Positions 25,486-38,800 of a stretch of 64,000 nt of DNA are shown here, in pieces; the stretch's first letter is position 1, and each line of letters begins with the position of its first letter. Source of the stretch: Tubulanus polymorphus. Its lineage: Eukaryota; Animalia; Nemertea. The notes under the pieces are model-generated. The model did no database searches, had not been told where the DNA came from, and saw only the letters and a program-made list of their open reading frames with translations. A program made the position numbers and the translations under genes. The stretch lies in NCBI RefSeq assembly GCF_964204645.1, contig NC_134028.1:20149245-20213244 (forward strand), written 5' to 3'.

Positions 25486-27774
25486 AATAAGCCTTTTTAC
25501 AGTTTCCAGGCGCCATTTTTTGGGTACCTGCCGGGTCCGCATTGTTGAATTTTTTGTCCCTATTTTTCTCCATTTTAATCTCTTTATTTCGTGCATATGT
25601 CTGGATTGGATTAAGATAGAAACAAAGTAAAAATATCGATGAACTCGGCTGATAATAAACTTTTTCATGATATCACTCATTTATAAAGTTAATGCAACAA
25701 TGTGCGCTCGTGAAGTTATAAACTTTGATATCGTCTTCCCGATAATTCAACTTGAATTATTGCATCATTGCGCGTTAAAAGTTTGTTTTTGCGCGGTAAT
25801 ATTTGTTTTTGCGCGGTCATACTTGTTTTTTGCGCGTTTTCGTTGAGGACGAAAAAAAATTTACATGGGATGGCCCGAATCAGCCACCATACTCATCTCA
25901 TTCAGAAGTTCGTAATTCTTACAAATTTTTATCTACATTTTTTGAGTTTTCAGGATCAATAGCCATCTATATGTGGTCTTATATACTTTTTACCGTTTTC
26001 AAATATCTTTATCACTTTTTAAGTAATTGCTCCAAAACACGTTTTCCTGGGTCCCCTTTGTGCATCTTTATGTCAGGAAATTTCACAATTTTACCGGTCC
26101 CTACTTTGTTGAAAATCAATTTTTTAAGTAACCATGAAAAATGGTAATTAAAGATATATATTCTCTAGGATTAGTCAAAATAAACGAAATAACCCAGGTG
26201 TTGCTTTAACCAGCTACCTAGTTTCACAACAGAAATTATCAATTTGTCTTACGTGTTTCATTCGATTCCAAAACGGCACGTACGTAAACGATCGCAAATG
26301 TGAAAGTCAGACATTATGTGGCACATGTATGAGGACCACAGCCTCAAAGCTGTGTCGTATTGCCGTCGCAAATTTACATGGCTACTTACGTGAAATGGGC
26401 TAATAGAGACCTTGTATGATCAAAACTGACTTAAAATTCGTGCCAAATCTCAAAACAACTATCAAAAGCACGAGATCAATTTTGACAGAAAGTAAACGAA
26501 TGTTATGTTCCTCAATATATACTAATATATTCCAAAGTTCCAATCTTTCCAACACATTGACTAAGGCTAATATATTCAAATTCAATTTGAAACACCTTCC
26601 AGCACGTGTCACGATCAGTAATGAAGATCGAACATCGAACATTCTCAAAATAGCAAACCTGGTCCAACGGTTTGCGTCAAGTTTGACACAGCCATGGCTG
26701 CCTCCATTTGCGTGGAGCTGCTGCTGAAAATTCAAAAAATGTAAATCGGGTACCGGTATTTAACCGAGGACCGAGTGCTCGCCATTACACCATGGTATTT
26801 CTGATGGTTTACTTTTGAGCAACTGGCTCCAGAATCACCTGCCAACTTCCATATTTCATTGATGCAATATACCGTGAAACAATATGTAATATTGACGGGA
26901 GATCATTGAAACTTAAATGCCTGACTCCAGACGACTTATTTCTACTTTTTTGACTATCTTAGATGATTGGGATAGGGTTCCAAAAATAAGGACATTTTCC
27001 GCAGATTAAGGCTGCGAGTAAGGTGCCTCTCAGTGTTGAAACAAATACATCCAAAACGATGTAATTTGCAAGAGAATGAGTGTTAGATTTGTAGGTTTTA
27101 TGCGATCATTGTCTTGACAAAGATGGTAACCTTAATGGGAAGTGCAGGGGTCCGGACTACCCAATCCCCAAACCCGTAGTCTGCCCCTGTTTTACTAGAA
27201 ATATATCTTTATTTACCATTTTTTCAAATAACTAGGTGCCCTTGTTTCCATAGTTACTGAAAATTTTGATTTGAATTAAGTAGGACCGGTTAAATTGTAA
27301 AATTTCTTTATATGTGTAAACATGATACTCTAGAAAACGTGTTTTGGAAGTTTGATTCGCAATTACTTAAAAACTAATAAAGATAATTGAAAACGGTAAA
27401 AAGTATATAAGACCACATATAGATGTCTATTGATCCTGAAAACTCAAAAAAAAATGTAGATTAGAATTTGTAAGATTTACGAACTTTTGAATGAGATGAG
27501 CAATAATTCAAGTTGAATAATCGGGAAGATGATATCAATGTTTATAACTTCACCAACGCGCATTGTTAACTTTATGATTGAGTGATATATTAAAAAAGTT
27601 AATTATCAGCTGAGTTCGTCAATATTTTCACTTTGTTTCTATCTTTCTCGAATCCAGAGATATGAACGAAATAAAAAAAATTAAACGGGGAAAAATAGGG
27701 ACGAAAAATTCAATAATGCGGACCCGGCGGGTACCCGAAAAAAATGGCACCTGGAAACTGTAAATAGGCTTATT
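25486..27774. mobile_element. Second large foldback element, older, with termini related to 11761-13524
   Basis: AATAAGCCTTTTTACAGTTTCCAGGCGCCATTTTTTGGGTACC at the left; inverted ...GGTACCCGAAAAAAATGGCACCTGGAAACTGTAAATAGGCTTATT at 27730-27774. Arms 25486-26145 versus about 27215-27774, with a roughly 130 bp segment missing from the right arm. Fragments also at about 3560-3630 and 42015-42060. Confidence 0.85.
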
Positions 27775-29151
27775 CCAAGTGTTTGTAATGGGCAGGGGAG
27801 TAATCGATTAATCACGCTATTCTGGGATCAATCAACAGATACTTACACCATCGATGTGAGGTGTGAATGTTAAAGTTAGTTATCACACTTACTGTAACAC
27901 AACACACGTCATAAACTTTCTAGGACATTGACCACATGTTTATCCAGGAGTGGCTTCAGCAGAGGAGAATTTAGAGGGACGAAAGCCCTATTTCTACCAA
28001 TATCACTTTTGCCAAAAGTATCTCATAGAATCACTATGGATGCTCAGAAAATTATCCTTTGAATTTCAGATTTTCATGGCCCAAATCCTTTATTTAGGCG
28101 TGTGATGTTTTGCCCCCCCCCTTCTAAATTCCTGGATCGGTAGACGCGCTCGATGCTCCGCTACGCTGTCCACCTTCTGCACTCTGTCAACCCCATTCAC
28201 TCAGCAATATGATTATATAACACAGACCATCGATTTAGCAGAAAGGTTTTCAGCTATTGATAAACAACGATTATCGCATCGGGCGTGCACAGTTACATCC
28301 GGTCTGGATCTAAAATCTAAAATACCATCTGAAACGACGATTCAATCGATCGGATTACAGTGGGGCTTCACTTTCCGGAGTTTCTTCTCATTCACTGCTT
28401 AAAGATAGGAGACCTGAATAGTGGTATTGTAGCTCTCACGTACTCGGTACACGGCACCACTGTCACCTCGGGTTCTCCTGGGACCGGTTTGTGGTCGCAA
28501 ATAAGCCTCACGGTCCCCTGAGAGCGGAAAGTCGTATAGGCTGAACGAGAACATTCTCTGTGAGTAAAAAAAATCCCACGCGTTGAAAGTGACTTAAGTG
28601 ACTGTTGTTAGTTTCTGCAAACTTATCACGAACTCGCTTCCTGAAAAGCCGACGTTCCGATCGACCCGATCTGTGAATATGATGAGTGAGAGACGGAGCT
28701 GTGAGGGGAGGGAAGCAGGGGGTATGGAGGACGGGGAAGGTTAGGGGTTAAGGAATGGGAGAGAGGATAAATACTTAATAATGAACCTCTGGCGGGGTAC
28801 TTGATACAACGTAACCCACCACACCCCATCCTAGACACTTACATAACCCTTTCTCTTGGTCAGCTAAACAAGTTTTGAACGGTAATAAACGTTTGTATCT
28901 AGAGGATTGTTAGTGAATAGAGTCACAACACCTATGTGATCACCACTGTTAAATTATCATTGTAAACTTTTATGGTTAAAACGCCCCTAGGCCCACTTTA
29001 CCCCGATCTTATCCTGAAATGCCTGGGAATTTTCGGTCTCCAATTTTGAAATTGGATTAGACCTCCGATTGCAGATTAGTTATAAATAATAGATAACTTG
29101 CACCCAACTTCTATGATCATTGTGAATTTTCTAACATTTTGGGAGCCCCTG

Positions 29152-29585
29152 GGGCTAAAAACCTGGAATGTGCAACTTTAGACTTCACTTTACACCAGTC
29201 CCATCCTCCCCGGCAGGGATTCGAACCTGATGGCATCGAGATTGCCACTTAACGAAACCCTGCCACACTCGACCGAGTGCGCAGCTACATGCGCAGCTTA
29301 GCTGATGTCATTATCAGCTAATCAGATATCCCGTTTTGTTTTAGCCCGGGTTTTCCCATTCATAGTTCTTCCGTGAAATCTACCTCAACGATTATACAAC
29401 GAGCAATCTGATTGATGCCGCAAGTTTTCGTGCGACAAAGCTGCGCATGTACCTGCGCACCCGGTCTAGTGTGACAAGGTTTCGTACTGTGGCAATCTCG
29501 ATGCCATCAGGTTCAAATCCCTGCCTGGGAGGATTGGACTGATGTAAAGTGAAGTCTGAAGGTGCACATTCCAGGTTTTTAGCCC
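29152..29585. mobile_element. Palindromic B-box-containing MITE, copy B (most complete)
   Basis: GGGCTAAAAACCTGGAATGTGCA...CATCCTCCCCGGCAGGGATTCGAACC... is inverted at 29440-29585; arms about 145 bp. Confidence 0.85.
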
Positions 29586-30281
29586 ATGAAATGAACCATT
29601 CAAACATTTTGTACCTGAAAGTATGTTTAAATATGTCGCCTAGCTCCCAGATTACAAACTATGCCAAACTGCGTCAATCACTGTGCGATTAGCACGTTTA
29701 AGATTCCATAGATAAACTCGTAGAATCTACTGATTATCTATCTGACTGGCGTCGATAACAAAACGACATTTTTGCATTACATGCAAAGAAAAATCGTTTA
29801 TCTTTTTTACCATCGACAGGAATCAAATTTCTCTTTCATTTTCTAGCGCTAAAATGGAGTGACAAAATACACCACGAATTTCTATGGTTCGTTTATTGTT
29901 ATTTCATTTTCATGTGATAGAAAACTATAATTAGATCACGTGTTCTTTGCGTAGCAATCAGTGGTTCCAGTTTTCCCCAGTAGCCAGCGTGTTAGAATTG
30001 CGCGCGCTTCCTATTCGTATTCGTATTCGCTAGCAGTGGTAGCGCTATGGGATAACAGTATGTGTTCCTTTAAAATATGACATTCGACATTTGGTTCAAT
30101 CGAATGCATTACAAAGATGAATCTTCGGTTTCATCTAAATCCCTGCAATAGTAGAAAATGTTTTGCGCAAAAAAAATAACGGAGAAATGAATTTCGAAAC
30201 AGATTAGAATATTGTAATTTTGGTAGTAAGAGCTCTGTGTGCCCAAATAAAAACCCGCAGTAGATTTGTAGAAAAGTTTAT

Positions 30282-30327
30282 TTTCTAACTGTTTCGAGGT
30301 TAATTCGAAACCTCATCTTCAGAGGAA
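30282..30327 (-). ncRNA. Minimal type I hammerhead ribozyme motif in a Penelope-like inverted repeat (30244-30453)
   Basis: Minus strand reads TTCCT-CTGAAGA-T-GAGGTT-tcgaatt-AACCTC-GAAA-CAGTT-AGAAA: CUGANGA/GAAA core, perfect 6 bp stem II, vestigial stem III, stem I with one mismatch. Confidence 0.6.
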
Positions 30328-30818
30328 GTAAAATAAGTTATTGTTTTATTCTATCATTTTAGTTCCTGAAACTGTTTTCATCATTAACTAATCATTTTAG
30401 TTTAGAAACTGTTAGAAAATAAACTTTTCTACAAATCTGTGGGGTTTTTATTTGTTAACTGTACTGAGATTTATATCAGTTCGCTACAATCACTTTGTGT
30501 GCCATTTTCTCCCGTGAAAAAAGAATATCTAAAACGCTGCGCAAACTTTGAAAATCCGCTTACGTTTTCTGTCTAATTGATATTAAACCCAATGGCGAGA
30601 AGAGACACAAACCCGGAGGATTCTATATCGAATTTTTGGTTTCCCTGTGGGTTGACGAAATTTCGCATGTACTTTTAATGAATATGTGTTTGAATTTTTA
30701 AAAATCAAAAGTTTTATAACGTTTACACTGATTTCCGCTAATAGATGACATGACATAAAGGGACTAGGTGACCAGCCTAACAGTTCGTAGTCACAGGACC
30801 TAGTTCGACCATGCTGTA

Positions 30819-30945
30819 CCGAGTTCCACAGTTCGGGATCCAGTTCCACAGTTCTGGGCCTAATTCCACAGTTCTGGATCCAGTTCCACAGTTCTAACCC
30901 TAATTCCACAGTGCTGGACCCAGTTCCACAGTGCTGGACCTAGTT
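30819..30945. repeat. 21 bp minisatellite (CCAGTTCCACAGTTCTGGACC-like), about 6 units; dispersed relatives at 7285-7370 and 48820-48945
   Basis: Tandem units visible directly; they generate the spurious ELWN-repeat ORF 30583-30909. Confidence 0.85.
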
Positions 30946-31492
30946 AGACTTTGATGGATCCAACCCGTTCCGAAATCATTTCAACAGTTCAGGATCCAAT
31001 TCCACTCTGAGGCTAGTTACGCAGTACTGGGTCCAGCTCAACAGTTCTGGACTCATTTCCACAAAAATGAAAATGGTGACTAATTTTCAGTCATACAGCC
31101 GAGAACTGTAGAACCTGGGACCAGTTCTATAGACTTAAGACCAGTATAATTCCTTCTCCTTTGTATAGCTAATCTAACATTTTAGAACCAGTCTTAAGAT
31201 CTGAGATCGCTTTTAGACTTATGTCTCGACTATGGATTCGGACCCTAGTCTAACTAGCAATGGGTCTATAGGTCTAAATGATTTCAGTTCTGTCCAGTGT
31301 ATACATTCGGGACTTGCTGTAAATTGACCAATTTTCAGTAATGGGAGTAATAATATTCGATGCCATTTCTCGCTGTTATTCGCTTGTTACGCCCACAGCT
31401 GTGAAACTAAGATGGGTTGGTCACGTGGACGATGCTGGCGGGGGTGCATGTCGTTGTCACATGGCGGTTACTTGCGGGGGTGGGGCGATCAT

Positions 31493-32413
31493 GAATGTAG
31501 GTAAAAATCCCCCTGGTAAAAATCCCCCCGGTAAATATCCCCCAGGTAAAAATCCCACAAGGTAAAAATCCCCCCATATCCACTTTTCTATAAAACTAGA
31601 GTAGAAAAAATTAACTTTTTACAACATTATTTAGGAATACATAAGTACATTAGATATTTTATTTTTACTTTTAAACCATAGTTTTTATAGAAAATTTCAA
31701 AATTATGATAGTGTCATTTTTGATGCATGGCGTATATGCTAAGTCACATAATAATGTCATTTTTACTGTACATAAAATCAAAGAAGTTAATAACTGTAAA
31801 CTAGATGATTCCGCGACTAGATAATTCTTAAGTAATAATTATTCATTTTCAACAGTGACCACCTAATTAGCCACTTTAGTTTAAATGACCAATTTCAATC
31901 AACTGACTCGTACCCTTAGAATAAGTATTTTGTCTCTACAGTAATTATTCTTAAATTATCTTAGGGGTAATCACTCCAGTGCCCAAAAAATTGTAAATCA
32001 AATGGGTTGGCTCTGTGACTAAATAACTCTTAAGTAATGATTATTCATTTTCAACAGTGGCCACTCTTTAATTAGCAAGTAGGCTAGTTTAAATGACCGA
32101 ATTCAATCAACTGACTCGTACCCCTAGAATAAGTATTTTGTCTCTACACTTATTATTCTTTATTAAACGTTTGGTAACCGTATTTAATGGATGGAATTAC
32201 TATACTAGAGTTAAATAAAGCAATAAAGTGCAATAAAATTTCGAATCTATATTTTTTAAACATAATAGCTGTTGAAAATTTTAGTGAAATCAATTATGGG
32301 GGGATTTTTACCAGGGGGGATTTTCACCTAAGGGGATTTTTACCGGGGGGATTATTACCTAGGGGGGATTTTTATCGGGGGGATATTTACCGGGGGGATT
32401 TTTACCTGTTACC
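31493..32413. mobile_element. Non-autonomous Mutator-like (MULE) element with 15 bp GGTAAAAATCCCCC subterminal arrays
   Basis: Perfect 10 bp TSD GGGCGATCAT (31483-31492 and 32414-32423); inverted arrays of GGTAAAAATCCCCC; internal direct repeat of about 135 bp (31820-31950 and 32022-32160). Confidence 0.85.
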
Positions 32414-33559
32414 GGGCGATCATATGGTGGTAATCACGCGCGTTTTAGTCTTTCAAAATCGAGTCGGGATACGGTTCCACATTTCCAAAACTTTGGATAA
32501 AGTTCCACAATCAATGGTTGCGTAAGTTTGAATCAAGTTATTCTAGTTTCATTAATTTGGTTAATGTTTTGGCCATACAGTCAAATTCTTACCTGTAACT
32601 TTGTAGTCAACCTTAGTATTTTTCCACCCACTCGGTTTTTAAACATATTTATTATCTACCCCTTCCATTACTAGTGCTTCAACTTAACCACCTATCGTGA
32701 AATCTGGAATATCGATTGGCCATTCCTGGAATATCTTCTAAAATGTTGTTACGCTTCTTTACTTGATAATTCTTTTTTTGTTCGTTACATCATCGATAAA
32801 ACGGTTTTGATCCTCCTTTCATTGTTTGCTAAATGAAGTATAGGCTATATTTAAAGTCGTTCTAGCCACCGGGGGATTCTCAACCAAGCAGCGACGACTT
32901 GTATTGTATCGAAACTGTCGCGAAAAATTATTTATTGGAACGTTTTATTGTGCAGTAATTAACAACGGGAAGGTTCTGTAGAATAATAGAACTAAACTCC
33001 AGGGTACACGACAGTGCCTTAAATCAACTCGCTTCTCAGTATACAAATTGAAGCTGTCGTTATTTCTGAACTTTTTGTTATAGATCTTTACCCGGGTCAC
33101 TTACGTAGGCTCAGTTCTCAGTTCTTAGTTGATTTTATTTTCCATGTATGTTACCTCGAAATAGGGGTTGGTCCCTGTTTTTCATTTGATTGGTAGATTT
33201 GATTGGATTTGTTTTGATTTATTTGCCCCCCTTAGAAATCCACAACACTTCCCAGAAGCGAAACAGGGGGTTTGATTTGTTATCATTAATAGCTTTATTC
33301 ATTGCGTTTGTTTTTACGTTATATATTCATACAATAGGTTACGTAATACTCGATGTAAATATAAAATGAAAGAACAAGATAAGCTCTGTGCTTGTGTTAT
33401 GTACCATCCTCATTAGTTACAAAAGACAAAAACAAAGGGAACAAGATAAAGAAAAACGAACAAAACAAAGAGAAATAATAAACTGCATTCCAGAAATCCC
33501 ACGGTATTTCACACCGACTTGGGGTAGAATTTTACCAGTTTCATTCTTTATCTTAAAAG

Positions 33560-33720
33560 GGATTGGCCCTGTTATTTATTTGATCGGTAGATTTCGTTTG
33601 ATTTTTTGTTGTTGTTTGGTGTCCCTTACAAATCCACCACACCTGCCGGGAACGAAACAGGGGTTTTGTTAGAGTTCGGATATCGAAGTATAAAGATAGT
33701 CGTGTGATCGTCAATCGAGT
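33560..33720 (+). repeat. Dispersed repeat family (also about 33165-33275, 40285-40430, 41500-41578 inverted, 43675-43745, 58255-58300)
   Basis: TGAT(T/C)GGTAGATTTCGTTTGATT...GGTGTCCCTTACAAA...ACACCTGCCGGGAACGAAACAGGGGG. Confidence 0.75.
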
Positions 33721-35886
33721 TTACGTATTTTTTGTTTAGATCGAACTTGGGTCTATTTGGTCTGGGGTCGTGTGAGCTGGTCTGCTGGACAGTCCCCTCC
33801 CTGTTGTTGCGACCGAGCTGAATGAATTTGATCTATTGTGTTCGCATTTCACTTGTTTTTCGATATTCTTTAGCTCGATCAACTTTCTGGAAGAGTCCCT
33901 ATTACGTAATGAGCTCGTATTTATATGTCTGCCGCACAATTCGACTAAAACCGGGGACTCGGACTAAGATACCATTGTGCGAATTGCCTCTGCGCTCGCG
34001 GATACGTAAGCCGTTAATCTGAATGAATTTACGTCGAATACGATACGAAACCCGTATCTTAATTAAAGAAACTTTAAAACCGTTAATTTACAAGCAATAA
34101 TCCATCAGTAATTACGCACGCCAAACAAGCTTTGTACACGTGTAACAGTGAACATTCATATTCATTCGATATTCGACTTGCGTAGGCCTGAGTGTGTGTA
34201 TCACGTATTTCATGCTTTAATGGCTTCGATGGACATTACTGCTGAAAAAAGCTGCAACAATGGAAATGAACGCAACACTGATGTTAACATGAACCCTTAT
34301 ATAGCCAATCAGTGTCCTAATATCCCTAACACCTTCGACCGCTCGTGAATAAATTGCCGAACACAAGAAGATATTTTCGGTTCATTCAGAAGACATGTAA
34401 TTTCCGCGCGTGCGCCGGTAAATGAACATTCCCCGTGTATGATAACGAGGAAACTAACTTGAATGTATATCTAGGCATTGAAATAAATTCTTAAAAGAGG
34501 TACGTATTTGCAATGGTATAGATCCAAGAAGGTTTTAGGGGACCTCGAACTGCTCCATGTCCGTAAATTTTCAGATAGCGATATCAATCATATTAATGAT
34601 GTAACAAACCGCAATTCAAATCATTATCGATTGCTGTTTAGTCGTCTGCCAGAAATTACCGTAGGTAATGCACACATTTTCAAAGTTTCGACAAATCAGG
34701 AAAATGCATCTTTCATTGCGATCTTGATTTATTTATTTATTTATTTTAGAGATGAATTGCAACAATGTGTACAATATGAAAGATAATACGTAATGTTGTA
34801 ATATGAAACTTGGGTTTCGGAAAATGCAAGGCTTGTATAAACTGAAACCCTGAAATGGAATGCTCAATATACAAAAAGTAGTAGTTGGCCGAAAGGGAAC
34901 TACTATTCTCGATCAAAACTAACTGCGATAAATACAGAGATATTTAGATACACCAGTATGTTAAATAAACATTACCGCTTAAAGTGAATGAATAAAGGAG
35001 GGTAATCAATCAATAAGTAGATTTATAAAGGTGTTTCATTTTTGATTTGAGAATATTCAAACTTTTAACTCATGGTTTTTATTGATTGATTATCTGATTC
35101 CAAAGTTTGGGACCCTTTTAAACTCTCAATGAAAATTTTTTAACATTGTAATGACTCAAATAAAGATAATATATCTGGGAAAACACTACGCTTCATCCCC
35201 TCTGTTCCAATATCTGAATCCGCCTCTGTATTCCTCAACTTTGAAGGCAACGACGCATGAACGATGCAGTATAAAGAATCAATTAAGTGCATCTGAATTT
35301 GAATACGTCGACAATTGGATCGAATTGACTGGCGACCATTTTAACCCCAATATTGCTGACGTAGTACACATCGACTCTCACAATACCCTTTGGATAACGC
35401 AGGATGGTAATCAATAAAAAATTCATTTTCGTAACGGATATTACAGTGTGAAAAAAATATGCGGGCAATATACAAAATAATATATATTTCCTCATTCGCC
35501 GTAAACTAATCATTCACTTAGTAGATTAGACGATATCATTTCTATGCGTCCTCGGATATCACATGACTTCGTGTTCATAAACCACGTCCTATTTTTGCGT
35601 GGGTCTGTTACCTACGTAGTCGACACAAGCTACACGTTGTTTTTTTTACTCAATTCATTTCCTATTTTTACAGGATTAAAGCAACTGGGTTCAAACTGCA
35701 AGAACGACAAACGAAACGTCCGTTTTTATATTCCGAAAAAAGAAAATCTGTGAACGTTCAATTCTACATCATTTCCTATTGGTTTATTTACGGGAAGTGG
35801 ACAACAAAAACCCGGTGTTCAGTAGTGTCAGACAGACGGTTGAGTGTCGGTGATACCGCAGTTGATTTCTCGAGGAAGTTAACAAC

Positions 35887-38800
35887 ATGGGCGAAGTTAT
35901 CCTAATTCTAACAGTTTTAATGTGTGTAACGTTCACTCATGGATATACAGACGATGACTCTACTCTGATCGAGCAAACAGGTGAGATAAAAAACCAGCAT
36001 TTCAAAATGTGATTTTCACCCCTCTTTGGTCAGATGTTTGATTTGAACACTTTAATTTTCAAATATAATTTGCAGCATAGTTTACAAAGCATAATACAAA
36101 ATACAGTAAATTAGACCTGGAGGGGCCTGTAGAAACCAAGGAATAGTTTGTATAAAACAGGTCCCTCAAAAGAGAAAAGAAAAAAAGAGAAATGCAATAA
36201 AGAAAAAAATATGCTCACAGTCAACCCTTAACACACAAAATGCAAACAAAGTAAACTATGGTAACAGCTTGATTCTTGATTAAGATGTAATCATTTTATA
36301 AGCCAGTTGTTTTCTGTAATATTTCAAAAACAATAATTTTAGTTCGAATAACTATATGATATAATCAAGCACAAAGTTGCTTTCTATAATTTCTTAGGAA
36401 CAGTTTAGAATTTTCCAGGTTTTTTAGATTTTCACTGAAGTTATTCCATAGTAAAGGGCCGGATACTTTTACTGAAAATGTTCTTCTTTCACTATTGAAA
36501 GAAAGTGTTTGTAAATCTTGACGTCGCCGAGTATTATGACTGTGGATTTGAAAATTTTGGCTCCAATAATTTTCGAATGATTTCGGTAATTCGGAGTGGA
36601 CAAATCTGTAAATAAAAGTACCTAGCTGAAGTTTATTAATATCTTTGAGCTTGAGGATATTAAACTGTTTGAATATAGGGTCAGTGTGCGCCAAATAATA
36701 GGAATTAGAAATTAGCCTAATAACTCTTTTTTGCAATACAATTAATGGTTGACTCTTTTTTGCAATACAATTAATGGTTGAAGTTTATTTTCGAAATTTC
36801 GTCCCCAAACTAAGTTACAATACTGGAAATATAATGTTCGAAGGTAGCAGTCAAAGTTAACCAGCAAATGCATCACCGGGACCCGATTTCATAGTCTTTG
36901 ACTTAGTACCACAGTTCTTGACTAGATTTACCATCAGTTTCCATTGTTTAAAATCTCAAGAATCGAATTTCTAATATAGCTGCAAAGCAGCGATAACGGG
37001 CTTTCTGCGCAGCCTTGTTCGTATTCTCGATCTTGTCTGGATATTGTTGATAATCCGTCATCAGGAATTAATAAAATACCAGTCTTGTTAATGATGAAAA
37101 TGAACTCAAATGAAAACTCTGGTTTATGAATCTGCCTGCTCAGACGAAATTTTCAAAAAAAAATCTTCATTTTTGCCAATGAAATATCGTTGATAATAGT
37201 GATAGATCATTGCAAGTCAGAACCAGTAAATTACTAGTAGATTCTAATAAAATTATGACTTTTCCGGTTTGCTCGACTTCCCGAATATCAATAGGGTTTT
37301 CAGTGAAGGTACAGAAAATCCTAAATAAGAATCGTGGAAATATTGAGCCAGAACAGTTAAAGAGGAGCCAAAATTGAGAAATGGGGCCCAGAGATGCAGA
37401 ACTAGGTCAATGTCAACAATATTGTCACTGTGTCATTAGTTATTCACAGGTTAACTTACTGCAATCTCCCTGACATCAATGTCACAAAAAACTGAATCAA
37501 TTAATTAATAGTAATTTAATCCCTATACACACTGTGACGCGATGTTAAACGGCACTTTCCAGTAAATTGGTATTATTAGCTCGATCAGTCATCTCTCCCC
37601 GGGGAGAAGTATCCGAGCAGCTGCTAGGGGCTCAGGAAGCATCTATCACACCAGGTGCCGATTTACTCCTGGGCGAAGAGGATAAGTGTCTTGCCCGGGG
37701 ACACTACGGTAATGTGCGGGATTCGACCCCACGACGACCTGGCTTCCCAGTGTCGAACGCCCAAAGTACTCGCCCACCACTCGGCCACTTAGAGTTTGAG
37801 AGCTTGAATAGCTATTTTTATGAATCTGGCCGCTGATCATCAAAACTGTTCAAATTAATATGAGATACGTGTTTACAGGTAACAATCCCCCGGTAAAAAT
37901 CCCCCTTGGAAAAAAAATCCCCCCAAATTCGATTTCGCAGCAAAATTCGTCCATAAGAAACTACATTATTCTATGTTGAAAAAACTCAAATAGTTTTCAA
38001 AAATTTTCATATTTTCCGTGGTGTTTTTCACAATATTCACCTCGGATAATCTGTGATTTTTACCAAGCTTCGTGACAATGACATTATTCTGTGACTTTTA
38101 GCTCTTAACGTGCATAAAAATCACATAATCGTAGTTTTGAAAATTTCTAGTTTGTGATAGTAAAATAACTACGTAGGCCTACCCTAAGTATTACTGTAAA
38201 ATTTATTATCTGTTTTAATTTAGATATTTACCGGGTGGATTTTTACGTACATTCGAGATATCTATATATTATCATCATTATCGTTTGTGTTTCGAAATGA
38301 TTACTCAATAACAACGGAAAATCGGTAAAAGGCTTAATCAATCGTAAATCAATTAAATGTTGAGATGATGACTAGACATAAAATCGGGAGAACTATCCAT
38401 TCGGCCTAAATGATTTTATGTTGAGATCTACGTATCTCGGCAAAAAATTGAATTCTCATTTCTTCTAAACGATGCTCCCATGACGCTTCCGCAGAAACTG
38501 GCCCTCCAGATTTACTGTAGAACCGTGTCCTGAATCTGTGATATAAATTGAGAGAAGATTCTAGTTTTGTCTTATATACGGGGTGTTTGTGTTCGCAGGC
38601 CGAGCCGTTTTACATAATATAGAATTACACACACGCAGAATTTCTCGCAGATATTATAACAACAACACCACAAACCGAGTTGAATTTGAAATCTACCCGA
38701 GGCCTCTCGCAAACATCTCTTTTATTTCTTATTGGATGTTATTTTTTCTACCCGTTTGTGAAGTATGGTTTATAAACCCGAGGGTCTCTCCGACGTTAGA

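Noticed and set aside
30583-30909. 108 aa ORF with ELWN repeats; the 21 bp array superficially resembles a CRISPR
   Set aside because: Head-to-tail minisatellite with no unique spacers, no cas genes, and eukaryotic context.
31341-32525. ORFs with GKNPP and RGDF repeats (apparent RGD motifs)
   Set aside because: Translations of the 15 bp subterminal arrays of the MULE-like element.
35151-35417. 88 aa ORF upstream of the neuropeptide promoter
   Set aside because: Its start overlaps a MITE end and no family is recognisable; a small exon cannot be excluded but is unsupported.
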